DNA of 64,000 nucleotides from an uncultured Christensenella sp. (GTDB lineage: Bacteria > Bacillota > Clostridia > Christensenellales > UBA1242): assembly GCA_949300385.1 (NCBI GenBank), contig CASGDZ010000002.1, positions 42,989 to 106,988 on the forward strand, written 5' to 3'. The position numbers and the translations under genes are program-made. Below, piece after piece: positions 28,782 through 37,553 of the stretch. The notes under the pieces are model-generated. The model was not told where the DNA came from and searched no databases. It saw only the letters and a list, made by a program, of their open reading frames with translations. Positions within the stretch are counted from its first letter, which is position 1; each line of letters begins with the position of its first letter.

Positions 28782-29843
28782 TTATTCTGCCATTTCACTT
28801 ATAGGTGTGATATAATCTTTATACACATCTTCTACTAATGATTTATATGCTTCTACAGAATTGTCAGGGACATAAATGTGGAAACCAGTTTTTAAAACTT
28901 GTAAAGCAAGCCATTGAGTGCTAAGAGTCGGCGGCTTTTCTCTTAAGAATGTGAATGATTTCATCTTGAAAATTTCCACTGGGTCGGTCGGCTTTGCATA
29001 AAAAGCATAAACTTTAACATTGTTTATATTTTCATGCAATGTAACATGATTAAATGAACCCCCAAAGTTAAATTGAATACCTACTGTGGTAACAGTAGAA
29101 GGGAAGCTTAAATCGCAGTCAAAAATAGAATTTTCAAATAATCCTGTTGGAGTTGTAGAAAGTGGCAATGCGGACATGTCTAAATCAGTGAAATATACTT
29201 TGTCAGACGTTCCTCCATAGACATAGCCACCATAGTATGTTACATTTGGGGAAATGACAAGTTTGCTTGATGTAGAGTCAACATTTGCAAAACAATATGA
29301 GTTCAAATAGGTAATAGAAGTAGGTAAATTCGCTAAATCTATTCCTTTACAATTTGAAAAACTATAATCCTGTAAAGTAGTTAAATTTTTCATATCATGG
29401 AAATTTGTGATAGTAACATCGGTTCCATTGAAAGCATATTTACTAGCGATTTCAAATTCTTCATTAAGAGTTAAAATGATTGGTCTAGTTATGTTATAAA
29501 TAAAATACGGACGAATAGTAGTGTTGCCAGAAGGTAGAACTATCTCATAAGGTTCGGTACTATCATCATATCCAGCCCAGAAAAGTAAACTTTCTGATTC
29601 GTCAACCGCCTTTAAAGTTCCCGTTCTAATTGTGTTGTCCAAAGCATAGAAAGTTTTTCCAATCAATACATCGTTTTCAGTTGCTGTTGCTAAACTTAAA
29701 TCAGGAATAGTTATACTTTTTATACCGGCAGTGATTTCGGCAGGACTTGGATTTGTATTTAATACTTTGACTGAACCGCCTTTGGATTCAATTGCTGACT
29801 TTTGAGATATTAATTCTTGTTTTAATTCGCTTAAATTTGACAT
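28782..29843 (-). CDS. BspA-type leucine-rich-repeat (LRR_5-like) protein without a signal peptide
   Basis: It shows the repeated pattern ..F..C..L..I.. (LQDYSFSNCKGIDLANLPTSITYLNSYCFANV). The N-terminal 85 aa or so are non-LRR and contain no hydrophobic leader. SD AAGGAGA lies upstream. Confidence 0.5.
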   Translation of the reverse strand: MSNLSELKQELISQKSAIESKGGSVKVLNTNPSPAEITAGIKSITIPDLSLATATENDVLIGKTFYALDNTIRTGTLKAVDESESLLFWAGYDDSTEPYEIVLPSGNTTIRPYFIYNITRPIILTLNEEFEIASKYAFNGTDVTITNFHDMKNLTTLQDYSFSNCKGIDLANLPTSITYLNSYCFANVDSTSSKLVISPNVTYYGGYVYGGTSDKVYFTDLDMSALPLSTTPTGLFENSIFDCDLSFPSTVTTVGIQFNFGGSFNHVTLHENINNVKVYAFYAKPTDPVEIFKMKSFTFLREKPPTLSTQWLALQVLKTGFHIYVPDNSVEAYKSLVEDVYKDYITPISEMAE

Positions 29844-29854
29844 TTTTTCTCCTT

Positions 29855-30025
29855 TTAATTTTGGTATGTTCCATTCATGATTTCTTGTAAATCTTCGTCT
29901 ACAATATATTTCCCTTTTAATATAAAGTCCAATTCGTCGCGAATTAAAAGGAGTTGATAATACCTTTCCAATCGCCTTTCTAAGTCACTTAATCGTTTTA
30001 TAATCAATTCATAGTTGTCTTGCAT
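29855..30025 (-). CDS. Small hypothetical coiled-coil protein (56 aa)
   Basis: I chose the start at MQDNYEL because it is preceded by GGAGAG. The gene is co-oriented with the LRR gene and lies 11 nt upstream of it. Confidence 0.35.
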   Translation of the reverse strand: MQDNYELIIKRLSDLERRLERYYQLLLIRDELDFILKGKYIVDEDLQEIMNGTYQN

Positions 30026-30196
30026 ATAATCTCTCCATGTTAATTTTTTCAAATTTTAATTAAATTTTTGTATATTTGTTCTAAAACATGAAAAAATCTG
30101 ACTAAAAGATTTGATTATTTGCACAATTTGGTGTATAATTTTCATGATATATACTATATATTGCGCTTGCAATTATCAATTAAAAGGTAGGAATCA

Positions 30197-30778
30197 ATGT
30201 CTAAAAACCTAAAATTATCGTTTATTCTATTACTTGTTTTCAATGCTATTTGTATTGCATGGATAACGCTATTAACATTCTTTTCTGGCGCTGGAATAAG
30301 TTTTGTAGCCATAATGACTATTGTAGGAATTTTATCATATATTATCGTTATCGATAAAGATACGCGCTCTAGAATTTTGGATGTTTTCGTTCTTGCGTGC
30401 CTATTCTTAATACTTGAATTTGTGGTATTTTGTGCCTTTGAATTTGGTTGGTACACTACTTCTAGTTTGAGTAAATTCTTAACCTATCAGCATGTCATCT
30501 CAATATTGTCAATATTCTATCTTGCATATGTATTGTTCAGATTCTTTAGCGAATTGTCCAACAAAAAATTTAAATTTATAGAAATAATATTAGGCAACGA
30601 AAAGATTAAGAGAAAGGCAAAAGCGAATAAAGAATTAACTAACGGCTCTTTAGAAGAAAAGCCTAATCATGTCCAAACAAACAACTCAATTGATAAAGAG
30701 ACGGATGAATCAGAGGATAATATAAGCAATCAATTTGATACAGACAATGAAGAAAATCAATATACTGAAGAAGAGTAA
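30197..30778 (+). CDS. Hypothetical membrane protein with an acidic C-terminal tail
   Basis: It has four or five hydrophobic helices followed by a D/E/N-rich tail. SD AAGGTAGG lies upstream. Confidence 0.5.
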   Translation: MSKNLKLSFILLLVFNAICIAWITLLTFFSGAGISFVAIMTIVGILSYIIVIDKDTRSRILDVFVLACLFLILEFVVFCAFEFGWYTTSSLSKFLTYQHVISILSIFYLAYVLFRFFSELSNKKFKFIEIILGNEKIKRKAKANKELTNGSLEEKPNHVQTNNSIDKETDESEDNISNQFDTDNEENQYTEEE

Positions 30779-30895
30779 TTTTATTAAAATTTATTTTATC
30801 AAGATTAATCGAATATGAAAATTTAATGAATATATTAATAAAATTAAATTTAAAAATCGCTCTAAAACAAAATTAAATAAAAAATAAAAAAACCG

Positions 30896-30924
30896 TTGAC
30901 TTTTAAGTAAATATATGTTAACAT
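30896..30924 (+). promoter_or_regulatory. Candidate promoter for rpmG-secE-nusG
   Basis: TTGACT (30896-30901), a 17-nt spacer and TG-n-TAACAT (-10 at 30919-30924). Confidence 0.4.
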
Positions 30925-30985
30925 ATAATTACACCAAAGAAGCGCGGTGTTTTTTTAAGCAAAAGCGCGAACAAAAGGAGTTATT

Positions 30986-31156
30986 ATGGCAAAGAAAGCT
31001 AAGACAAAGAGAGAGAAAATCATTCTTGAATGCACTGAATGCAAAAATAGAAATTATAATTCTACTAAGAATAAGGCTAATGATCCAGATAGAATGGAAC
31101 TCAAAAAATATTGTCCAACATGCAGAAAGACTACCGCTCATAAAGAAACTAGATAG
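30986..31156 (+). CDS. rpmG: 50S ribosomal protein L33
   Basis: This gene is absent from the ORF track because it is under 60 aa. My manual translation is [56 protein letters not shown], with CxxC...CxxC zinc motifs. SD AAGGAG lies upstream, and the gene sits before secE-nusG. Confidence 0.9.
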   Translation: MAKKAKTKREKIILECTECKNRNYNSTKNKANDPDRMELKKYCPTCRKTTAHKETR

Positions 31157-31164
31157 GAGAATTT

Positions 31165-31530
31165 ATGTCTAAGAATAAGAAGAAGGCAAAATCTGTCACA
31201 AAAGAAGAGCGTATTGACGACTTGACTCAAAATGAACCTAGCGAACAGTTGGTAGGAAAAGAGCCTACTACAAAAGAAAGCAAAAACAAAGTTGTAGAAG
31301 TCAAGGCAAAAGATGTCAAGACTAAGAAAAAGCAAGATAAAGTAAAAAAGCCTAATAAGTTAGTCAAATCACTAAAAGATACAGGTGGCGAGTTAAAGAA
31401 AGTTACATGGCCTAGATTTAGCCAAGTCGTTAAACAGACTGGTGTTGTTTTGGTCGTAGTAATTGTATTTACACTTGTACTATTCGGGCTTGATCGTCTT
31501 TGCTCATGGTTGACGGGTTTACTATTTTAA
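31165..31530 (+). CDS. secE: Preprotein translocase subunit SecE (with an extended K/E-rich N-terminus)
   Basis: The C-terminal ELKKVTWP motif is followed by a single TM helix. The gene lies between rpmG and nusG. Confidence 0.85.
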   Translation: MSKNKKKAKSVTKEERIDDLTQNEPSEQLVGKEPTTKESKNKVVEVKAKDVKTKKKQDKVKKPNKLVKSLKDTGGELKKVTWPRFSQVVKQTGVVLVVVIVFTLVLFGLDRLCSWLTGLLF

Positions 31531-31575
31531 GCACATTTAATGTGTTTAGTTTTTGATAGATTTGAGGAGAAATAA

Positions 31576-32136
31576 ATGGCTGTATTAGATAAAAATATTG
31601 ACAAAGAACCAAAGTGGTATGCATTAAGAGTATATGTCGGCTATGAGAACGCTGCTAAGCAAAATCTTGAAATAACCATTGAAAAGTATGGTCTTCAAGA
31701 CCGCATATTCCAAATTGTTATCCCTATGGAAGACGAACTTGTTGAAAAACGCGGGAAAAAAGTCCTTGTTCCTAAAAAGATTATGCCGGGTTATATCATA
31801 GTTAAGATGATTTATGGTGATGACATTTGGCATGCCGTTACGCGTACGCTTTATGTAACCAGTTTCGTTGGACCAGAAGGTCGCGCTGAACCTATAACAG
31901 ATGAAGAAGCAAGGAGATTAGGGCTTGATAGTGGGGCATACAATGGCGTAAAAACTGACATTGATGTCAAAGTAGGAGATTTAGTTGAAGTAATTGAAGG
32001 CTCTCTTTCTAGTTTTGTCGGCAAGGTTAAGGCTGTTGATAATGAAAATCAAAAAGTGACAGTTTCTGTTGAAATGTTCGGAAGAGAAAGCGATGTTGAA
32101 TTAGGTTTCAACCAAATTAGAATAAGCAATAATTAA
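31576..32136 (+). CDS. nusG: Transcription termination/antitermination factor NusG
   Basis: It has the NGN domain (KWYALRVYVGYEN) and the KOW motif (VGDLVEVIEGSLSSFVGKV). Confidence 0.95.
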   Translation: MAVLDKNIDKEPKWYALRVYVGYENAAKQNLEITIEKYGLQDRIFQIVIPMEDELVEKRGKKVLVPKKIMPGYIIVKMIYGDDIWHAVTRTLYVTSFVGPEGRAEPITDEEARRLGLDSGAYNGVKTDIDVKVGDLVEVIEGSLSSFVGKVKAVDNENQKVTVSVEMFGRESDVELGFNQIRISNN

Positions 32137-32221
32137 TATTTTCTGTTTTATTTACTCAATTTATAATTAAAAAGCATATAAAATAAAATGCGTATAAATT
32201 TGATAATAAAAAGGAGATATT

Positions 32222-32614
32222 GTGGAACTAAAGATAATCAATAAAATTGGTGACGAATATTTATATAGACTTAATATTCTAAAATCGATGGAAGAATACA
32301 AATGGGGTTCATTAGCGGTCAAATTAATGAATATGATAAACTCTGAATTAAAAAAGAAGAAAGCAAAAGGTTTAACTGATATTTATGTTAGCGGAAAGGG
32401 TCTTATTTCTTCAGAGTATCCGCCATTTGTAACATTTACATTTGACAATGGTGATTGGATTACTTTTGACATGTTTTCAGCAATAGATTGTTCACAAAAA
32501 AAAGTTAATTTAGATACATGCTCAATTTTATATTATTCACATTTATTTGAAGACAATGAAGCGTACAATAAAGAATTGTTTTCTGTAATCAAGCAAAATA
32601 ATATCCAAAATTAA
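32222..32614 (+). CDS. Hypothetical protein (130 aa) inserted between nusG and rplK
   Basis: It uses a GTG start 4 nt after AAGGAGA. I recognised no motif. Confidence 0.45.
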   Translation: MELKIINKIGDEYLYRLNILKSMEEYKWGSLAVKLMNMINSELKKKKAKGLTDIYVSGKGLISSEYPPFVTFTFDNGDWITFDMFSAIDCSQKKVNLDTCSILYYSHLFEDNEAYNKELFSVIKQNNIQN

Positions 32615-32626
32615 TAGAACTTAATA

Positions 32627-32655
32627 TTGATAAATTTTATAAATTTTACTATTAT
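32627..32655 (+). promoter_or_regulatory. Sigma-A-type promoter for rplK-rplA
   Basis: TTGATA (32627-32632), a 17-nt spacer and TATTAT (32650-32655). Confidence 0.45.
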
Positions 32656-32694
32656 AGACACGGAAACTAATCAGCCGAAAAGAGAGAGTAACTT

Positions 32695-32732
32695 CGTGGG
32701 AGAGCGAAATCCAAGAACGCTCACTAACCACG
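32695..32732 (+). promoter_or_regulatory. Structured rplKA leader hairpin (candidate L1 autoregulatory site)
   Basis: CGTGG-GAGAGCG-loop-CGCTCAC-taa-CCACG forms two helices separated by an asymmetric internal loop. This is a GC-rich island in an AT-rich spacer, about 35 nt before the rplK SD. Confidence 0.4.
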
Positions 32733-32768
32733 CCATGTGTGAATATTTCACAAAAGTAGGAGGAATTT

Positions 32769-33206
32769 ATGGCAAAAAAAGTTAAATCTGTCGTTAAAAT
32801 TCAACTCCCAGCAGGTAAGGCTACACCAGCCCCTCCAGTAGGTTCATCACTCGGACCACACGGAATTAACATCGCTGGATTTGTTAAAGAATTTAATGAC
32901 AAAACCGCTAACCAAGCAGGATTTATTATCCCTTGCGTTATCACTATTTATGAGGACAGAAGTTTTGATTTCGTCCTAAAGGCACCACCTGCAGCCGACC
33001 TTATTAAAAAAGAAGCAGGTATCGAGAAAGGTACAGATAAATCTCGTAACAAAGTTGGAAAAATTACAGTCGAACAACTTAAGAAAATCGCTGAAACTAA
33101 AATGCAAGACCTCAATGCAAGTAGTATTGAATCTGCAATGAGCATGATCGCTGGTTCTTGCCGTAGCATGGGCGTTACAGTGGAGGGCTACAATGAAAAG
33201 AAGTAA
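32769..33206 (+). CDS. rplK: 50S ribosomal protein L11
   Basis: [27 protein letters not shown] is the canonical L11 N-terminus. Confidence 0.97.
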   Translation: MAKKVKSVVKIQLPAGKATPAPPVGSSLGPHGINIAGFVKEFNDKTANQAGFIIPCVITIYEDRSFDFVLKAPPAADLIKKEAGIEKGTDKSRNKVGKITVEQLKKIAETKMQDLNASSIESAMSMIAGSCRSMGVTVEGYNEKK

Positions 33207-33879
33207 GAATTATTTAGAAGCCATAAAACTAGTTGACAAAACTAAGCAATACGACCCAAAAGACGCAATGAACGCAGTAATCAGTACTAGCAAAGCAAAG
33301 TTTGACGAAACAGTTGAACTACATGTTAAATTAGGTGTTGATGGCCGTAATGCAGATCAACAAGTGCGTGGCGTTGTAGTTTTGCCAGAAGGTACTGGTA
33401 AATCTGTTAAAGTCCTTGTTATAGCAAAAGGCGCTAAAGCAGAAGAGGCTAAGAAGGCAGGAGCAGACATAGTTGGTGATGATGACATTATTGCTAAAAT
33501 CATGTCTGGCAACTGGTTAGATTTTGATGTGTGCATCACAACACCTGATATGATGGGTGCTTTAGGTAGATGTGCGCGTATTTTAGGACCTAAGGGCTTA
33601 ATGCCTAACCCTAAGAGCGGTACTGTAACTATGGATGTAACTAAGGCTATTAACGATGTTAAAGCTGGTAAAGTTGAATATCGTTTGGACAAGCAAAACA
33701 TTATCCATGTTCGTATTGGTAAAGTAAGTTTCGGTGCAGACAGATTATATAACAACTTAACAACTGTTATGGACGCTATAATTAAAGCAAAACCAGCAGC
33801 AGCAAAAGGAACTTATATAAAATCTTGCTATGTTGCAACGACTATGGGACCTAGCGTAAAGGTAGCATATTCTATGTAA
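33193..33879 (+). CDS. rplA: 50S ribosomal protein L1
   Basis: It matches canonical L1 sequence ([34 protein letters not shown]). It overlaps rplK by 14 nt. Confidence 0.97.
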   Translation: MKRSKNYLEAIKLVDKTKQYDPKDAMNAVISTSKAKFDETVELHVKLGVDGRNADQQVRGVVVLPEGTGKSVKVLVIAKGAKAEEAKKAGADIVGDDDIIAKIMSGNWLDFDVCITTPDMMGALGRCARILGPKGLMPNPKSGTVTMDVTKAINDVKAGKVEYRLDKQNIIHVRIGKVSFGADRLYNNLTTVMDAIIKAKPAAAKGTYIKSCYVATTMGPSVKVAYSM

Positions 33880-33880
33880 T

Positions 33881-33907
33881 AAAAATGACCTAAATAGGTC
33901 ATTTTTT
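33881..33907 (+). terminator. Intrinsic terminator after rplA
   Basis: tgacct / aggtca stem with a 4-nt loop, flanked by an A-run and followed by TTTTTT. Confidence 0.7.
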
Positions 33908-33945
33908 GATTTATATTAAAAGTAAATATATTTAATAGCAAAATA

Positions 33946-33978
33946 AAAATCAGTGATAATTTAGTTCACTGATTTTTT
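33946..33978 (-). terminator. Intrinsic terminator after dut (works in both directions)
   Basis: atcagtga / tcactgat stem with a 9-nt loop, flanked by AAAAA and TTTTTT. Confidence 0.55.
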
Positions 33979-34017
33979 ATAATTATTTAATAAAAATATA
34001 TGCTTTTTTCTAATTAA

Positions 34018-34449
34018 TTACTTTTTACCGGTCGAGCCTATTCCACCGCGGTCAGCATTGTTTAATTTTTCTACTTTTGTGATAATATGTTTTGGTTGGT
34101 GTTCAAGAATTCTAAATTGACATATCCTATCGTTTTTTTGTATAACAGTGTCCCTTAATGCAATTGCAGGGAATCGCCACTCATCATTGTCTCCACAGAA
34201 AGATTCATCAATTATACCTATACTATTCGCTTGTATTATTCCGAAATTTTTAAAAGTACTACTTCTAGGCGCAACAATCGCTTCATATCCTTTTGGTAGT
34301 TGCATAGCAACCCCTAAACGAATTAGTTTAAATTCGCCAGCTTTTAATTCGACATCTTCGCTTGCGCGTAAGTCATACCAGTCGCTTTTATCTTCAATAA
34401 ATTTAATTTCATCAATATCTGTAAAATATTTTACTTTAATCTCTATCAT
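34018..34449 (-). CDS. dut: dUTP diphosphatase
   Basis: The trimeric dUTPase motifs are present ([27 protein letters not shown]-terminal [11 protein letters not shown]). SD GAGGT lies upstream. Confidence 0.9.
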   Translation of the reverse strand: MIEIKVKYFTDIDEIKFIEDKSDWYDLRASEDVELKAGEFKLIRLGVAMQLPKGYEAIVAPRSSTFKNFGIIQANSIGIIDESFCGDNDEWRFPAIALRDTVIQKNDRICQFRILEHQPKHIITKVEKLNNADRGGIGSTGKK

Positions 34450-34506
34450 ATGTACCTCATAATTATTTTATCAAAAATTTTAGATATAGTAAAGAAATTT
34501 TATCCT

Positions 34507-35994
34507 TTATCTTATAACGACCTTTCCGGATATCCAACTATCGAAGAAACTGTGCATATCGTTGCCTGTTGCGTTTGAAAAGGCTTCAATTAATTTTTCT
34601 GGAATTGAATTTGTGTATTTGTTATTATTAAAATAAGTTTTTAATGCTGATATGAAAGTCTTTTTGCCTATTAAGTTATATAAACTATCGTACATTAACA
34701 CACCTTTTACATATGTGCAGTATGTATATTCAGGTTCAGTATTGTACTCGTCTACTGCACGCATGCTCGTATCTAGATTGCCTAACACATCAGTATAAAC
34801 TGAAACAAATAAAGTGTAGTTTGCCTTGCATGCGTCCACCATTTGATCATGTGTTAAGTTATAATTTGAATTATTGTCATAGAATAACAATGTCGAGTAT
34901 TCAGTTAGCGCCTCGTCCAACCATGGATATTTATATTCGTCATTGCCAACCATATTGTACCACCATTGATGCGCCGTTTCGTGTATTATCACATTCATAT
35001 AATCGTCGCTGTTTTCTACATCTGCACTTATCATAACAAGGTTAGGATATTCCATACCGCCGTAGACAAAATCTGTTTTAACAATTGTGAAAGTCGCGTA
35101 TGGATAGTCGCCGAAAAGGTCAGAGAAAGTGCGAATGGCATCTACTCCTGCGTTTAAGTGTGCGTCTGCCTGCTCATCATTAAAATAGTAATAATCAATT
35201 TTTATGTCATCTACATTTGTTGATTTTATCTCAAAATTTTTACTTAAAACGAAAGCAAAGTCGCGTACCATTTTTGCACTTATTGTCATCGTTTTTTCAT
35301 TGTTAGTAGTAATGCTTGAAGTGCAATATCCTGTGTGTGCAACTTTAAAAGCACTATCCACATTTAGCGTGACAGAATAGTTAGCCATATCGCTATAAAA
35401 AGGGTCGCCATTAGCGTTATAACCCGATGTGTTAAATTCTCCGTTTTCGTAAACGCAAGTTATAGGATAAAAATTGCCAAAGTTAATTGTATTTTCTCCA
35501 TAACCAAATCGGTGTTCGCAGTTAGGGAATGTAAAATAAAATTCTATTTCAATCGTAATCCTTTCTTCTGGCAATAAACTTGCAGGCAAATTTACGCACA
35601 ATATTCCGTCCGCTTCACCTTCGTATGTAATCGCGCTATCGTTATTGTCAACTTTTACGCTCAATACTTCAAATTTTGCGTACGACATACCATTTGGGTA
35701 CGCTTCATTCATTTTAGTACTTGAAACGACAAAATCGGTATAACCTTCTTCAAAAAATTGCGGGTATAAGTGAAATTTAATTGTTTTAAGTATATTGTCC
35801 GTATTGTTAATATAGTCTACGCTTTCTTTGACTTGCGCACTCTTATTGCTGTCATCATAATCAATATTTAATGTGTAATTTGTTAAATTAGCACTTAATT
35901 CATCTAGATTGTCCGACTTTTTACATCCCGTGAAACAAAAAATGCAGACAAAACAACTAATAATAACTAATATAATGGGAAATTTTTTCTTCAT
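34507..35994 (-). CDS. M1-family zinc metallopeptidase lipoprotein (aminopeptidase N-like)
   Basis: It has a lipoprotein signal (FCFTGC) and the HExxH-18-E zinc motif HETAHQWWYNMVGNDEYKYPWLDEALTEY. Confidence 0.85.
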   Translation of the reverse strand: MKKKFPIILVIISCFVCIFCFTGCKKSDNLDELSANLTNYTLNIDYDDSNKSAQVKESVDYINNTDNILKTIKFHLYPQFFEEGYTDFVVSSTKMNEAYPNGMSYAKFEVLSVKVDNNDSAITYEGEADGILCVNLPASLLPEERITIEIEFYFTFPNCEHRFGYGENTINFGNFYPITCVYENGEFNTSGYNANGDPFYSDMANYSVTLNVDSAFKVAHTGYCTSSITTNNEKTMTISAKMVRDFAFVLSKNFEIKSTNVDDIKIDYYYFNDEQADAHLNAGVDAIRTFSDLFGDYPYATFTIVKTDFVYGGMEYPNLVMISADVENSDDYMNVIIHETAHQWWYNMVGNDEYKYPWLDEALTEYSTLLFYDNNSNYNLTHDQMVDACKANYTLFVSVYTDVLGNLDTSMRAVDEYNTEPEYTYCTYVKGVLMYDSLYNLIGKKTFISALKTYFNNNKYTNSIPEKLIEAFSNATGNDMHSFFDSWISGKVVIR

Positions 35995-36005
35995 AACTGA
36001 TTATA
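35995..36005 (-). promoter_or_regulatory. -10 element placed for a leaderless M1-peptidase transcript
   Basis: On the minus strand, TATAAT (36005-36000), 5 nt (cagtt), then ATG (35994). There is no SD, and the -35 is weak. Confidence 0.35.
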
Positions 36006-36077
36006 TGTCGCACATTTGATAAAAAGAACACGCCAAAAATTGGACTAAAAGCAATATTCGTTTTTTGTCGCTAATAA

Positions 36078-36106
36078 TAGACAAATGAAAATTTTTGTGA
36101 TAATAT
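36078..36106 (+). promoter_or_regulatory. Promoter placed for a leaderless dnaB-like transcript
   Basis: TAGACA (36078-36083), a 17-nt spacer, TG-n-TAATAT (-10 at 36101-36106), 6 nt, then ATG (36113). There is no SD. Confidence 0.5.
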
Positions 36107-36112
36107 ATAGGC

Positions 36113-37552
36113 ATGGCATTTTGTAAGTATAGTCCGAATTTTAGCGCGCGTAATAAAACGGAAGTTGATAATGTTTTTATCAATGAATTTTTGCCTAAAG
36201 CACCCGATTTATGTGTAAAAGTGTATATAATGGGGTTAAGCAAGTGCAACAACGCAGATGATAGCGATAACACATTGTCATATTTTTCTGAAAAATTAAA
36301 GATTTGTGACGATGATGTTATATCCATATTTAAGTATTGGGAGGAGCAAGGGCTTGTACAAGTGCTTTCCACCGATCCAATAGAAGTTAGATATCTACCT
36401 ATTAATGAATCTAGCGCTAAAGTGAAGAAATACAATGTGGATAAATACGCCGACTTTAACATACAAGTGCAAGAGATGTTTAAAAATCGTATGATTATGC
36501 CAAACGAATTTAGCGAGTTTTATTCACTCATTGAGCGCAATCATATAGAGCAATCTGCATTAATTGAAATAGTGCGCTACTGCGTTGAATATAAAGGATT
36601 TAATTTAAGTCCTAATTATTGTTTGACTGTTGCTCGCGATTGGATACGCGAAGGTATTTTAACGCAAGAGGCAGTAAAAGAGAAGATAAAAGAATTAGGA
36701 CTTGTTGATGACCAAATGATGCTCATTTTATCTGCAATGGGTAGCAAAAGAAAAATTCAAATTGAAGATAAAGACCTTATTAATAAATGGCTAAAAGCAT
36801 ATGGATTTGAATTAAATGTCATCATTTATGTGGTTAAAATGTGGAAATTTAAAAAGCGCAGAATGGATGTTAATATACTGGACGACTACTTAACAAAATA
36901 TTACGAAATGAAATTAATGTCCATCGCTGAAATAGAGAACTATGAGAATGAGAAAGAAAACTTGTATTTTATCGCTATGGCGATCAATAAGGAACTCGGC
37001 ATTTTCTACGAAGATGTAACAAAAGAGATTGATACATATGTCGTTACATGGCTCAATATGGGCTTTGATATAGATACTTTAAAAATGGTGGCGGACAATT
37101 GCTTTAAATCATCTATCCGTACGCTTGAAGGATATAATAATATTTTAAACAAATTGTTTAAGTTAGGCATTGTTACCATGAATGGATATATGCAGTATTT
37201 AAACGATAGCATAGCAGAGGATAGCAAAATTCAAGAGATTTTGTCCACTTTAGGAGTGGAGAGAAAAGTCAATAATGCGGATAGAAACTTCTATTCAGTA
37301 TGGACAAAAGATTGGGGATTTAGTCATGAGATTGTCATGTATGGTGCAACTATTAGTGCGGGCAAGGCGAATGCTGTACAGTATTTAAATAAAATTTTAT
37401 CAAATTGGAATACAAATGGCTTAAAGACAATTGAGAAAGTAAAAGAGACAAAGCCAGATACAGCAAATACTCAATTTAACTTTATGCACAATAATTACAC
37501 AAAAGAGCAAATAGCAAGCATTATTTCTAACCTTGACGAAGTGGAGGTATAA
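36113..37552 (+). CDS. Replication initiation and membrane attachment protein (Bacillus DnaB-type, DnaD-domain family)
   Basis: It has a DnaD-like N-terminus and two DnaB_2/DnaD C-terminal repeats (VARDWIREGILTQEAV, YLNKILSNWNTNGLKTIEKV). It lies immediately upstream of a dnaI-like gene, matching the B. subtilis dnaB-dnaI arrangement. Confidence 0.7.
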   Translation: MAFCKYSPNFSARNKTEVDNVFINEFLPKAPDLCVKVYIMGLSKCNNADDSDNTLSYFSEKLKICDDDVISIFKYWEEQGLVQVLSTDPIEVRYLPINESSAKVKKYNVDKYADFNIQVQEMFKNRMIMPNEFSEFYSLIERNHIEQSALIEIVRYCVEYKGFNLSPNYCLTVARDWIREGILTQEAVKEKIKELGLVDDQMMLILSAMGSKRKIQIEDKDLINKWLKAYGFELNVIIYVVKMWKFKKRRMDVNILDDYLTKYYEMKLMSIAEIENYENEKENLYFIAMAINKELGIFYEDVTKEIDTYVVTWLNMGFDIDTLKMVADNCFKSSIRTLEGYNNILNKLFKLGIVTMNGYMQYLNDSIAEDSKIQEILSTLGVERKVNNADRNFYSVWTKDWGFSHEIVMYGATISAGKANAVQYLNKILSNWNTNGLKTIEKVKETKPDTANTQFNFMHNNYTKEQIASIISNLDEVEV

Positions 37553-37553
37553 C

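Noticed and set aside
28782-30052. A prophage remnant inferred from the LRR protein and its small partner.
   Set aside because: There are no other phage genes nearby (capsid, portal, terminase, integrase, lysis) and no att-like repeats. I kept it only as a low-interest observation.
30915-31335. Tracked ORFs 30915-31172(+), 30929-31141(-) and 31138-31335(-).
   Set aside because: They are wrong-frame or antisense reads across rpmG (30986-31156) and the 5' part of secE. The L33 and SecE frames have an SD and conserved motifs.
36001-36462. A 153-aa minus-strand ORF overlapping the start of the dnaB-like gene.
   Set aside because: It is antisense to a motif-supported CDS and has no SD. Its 3' end would also run across the divergent promoter region.
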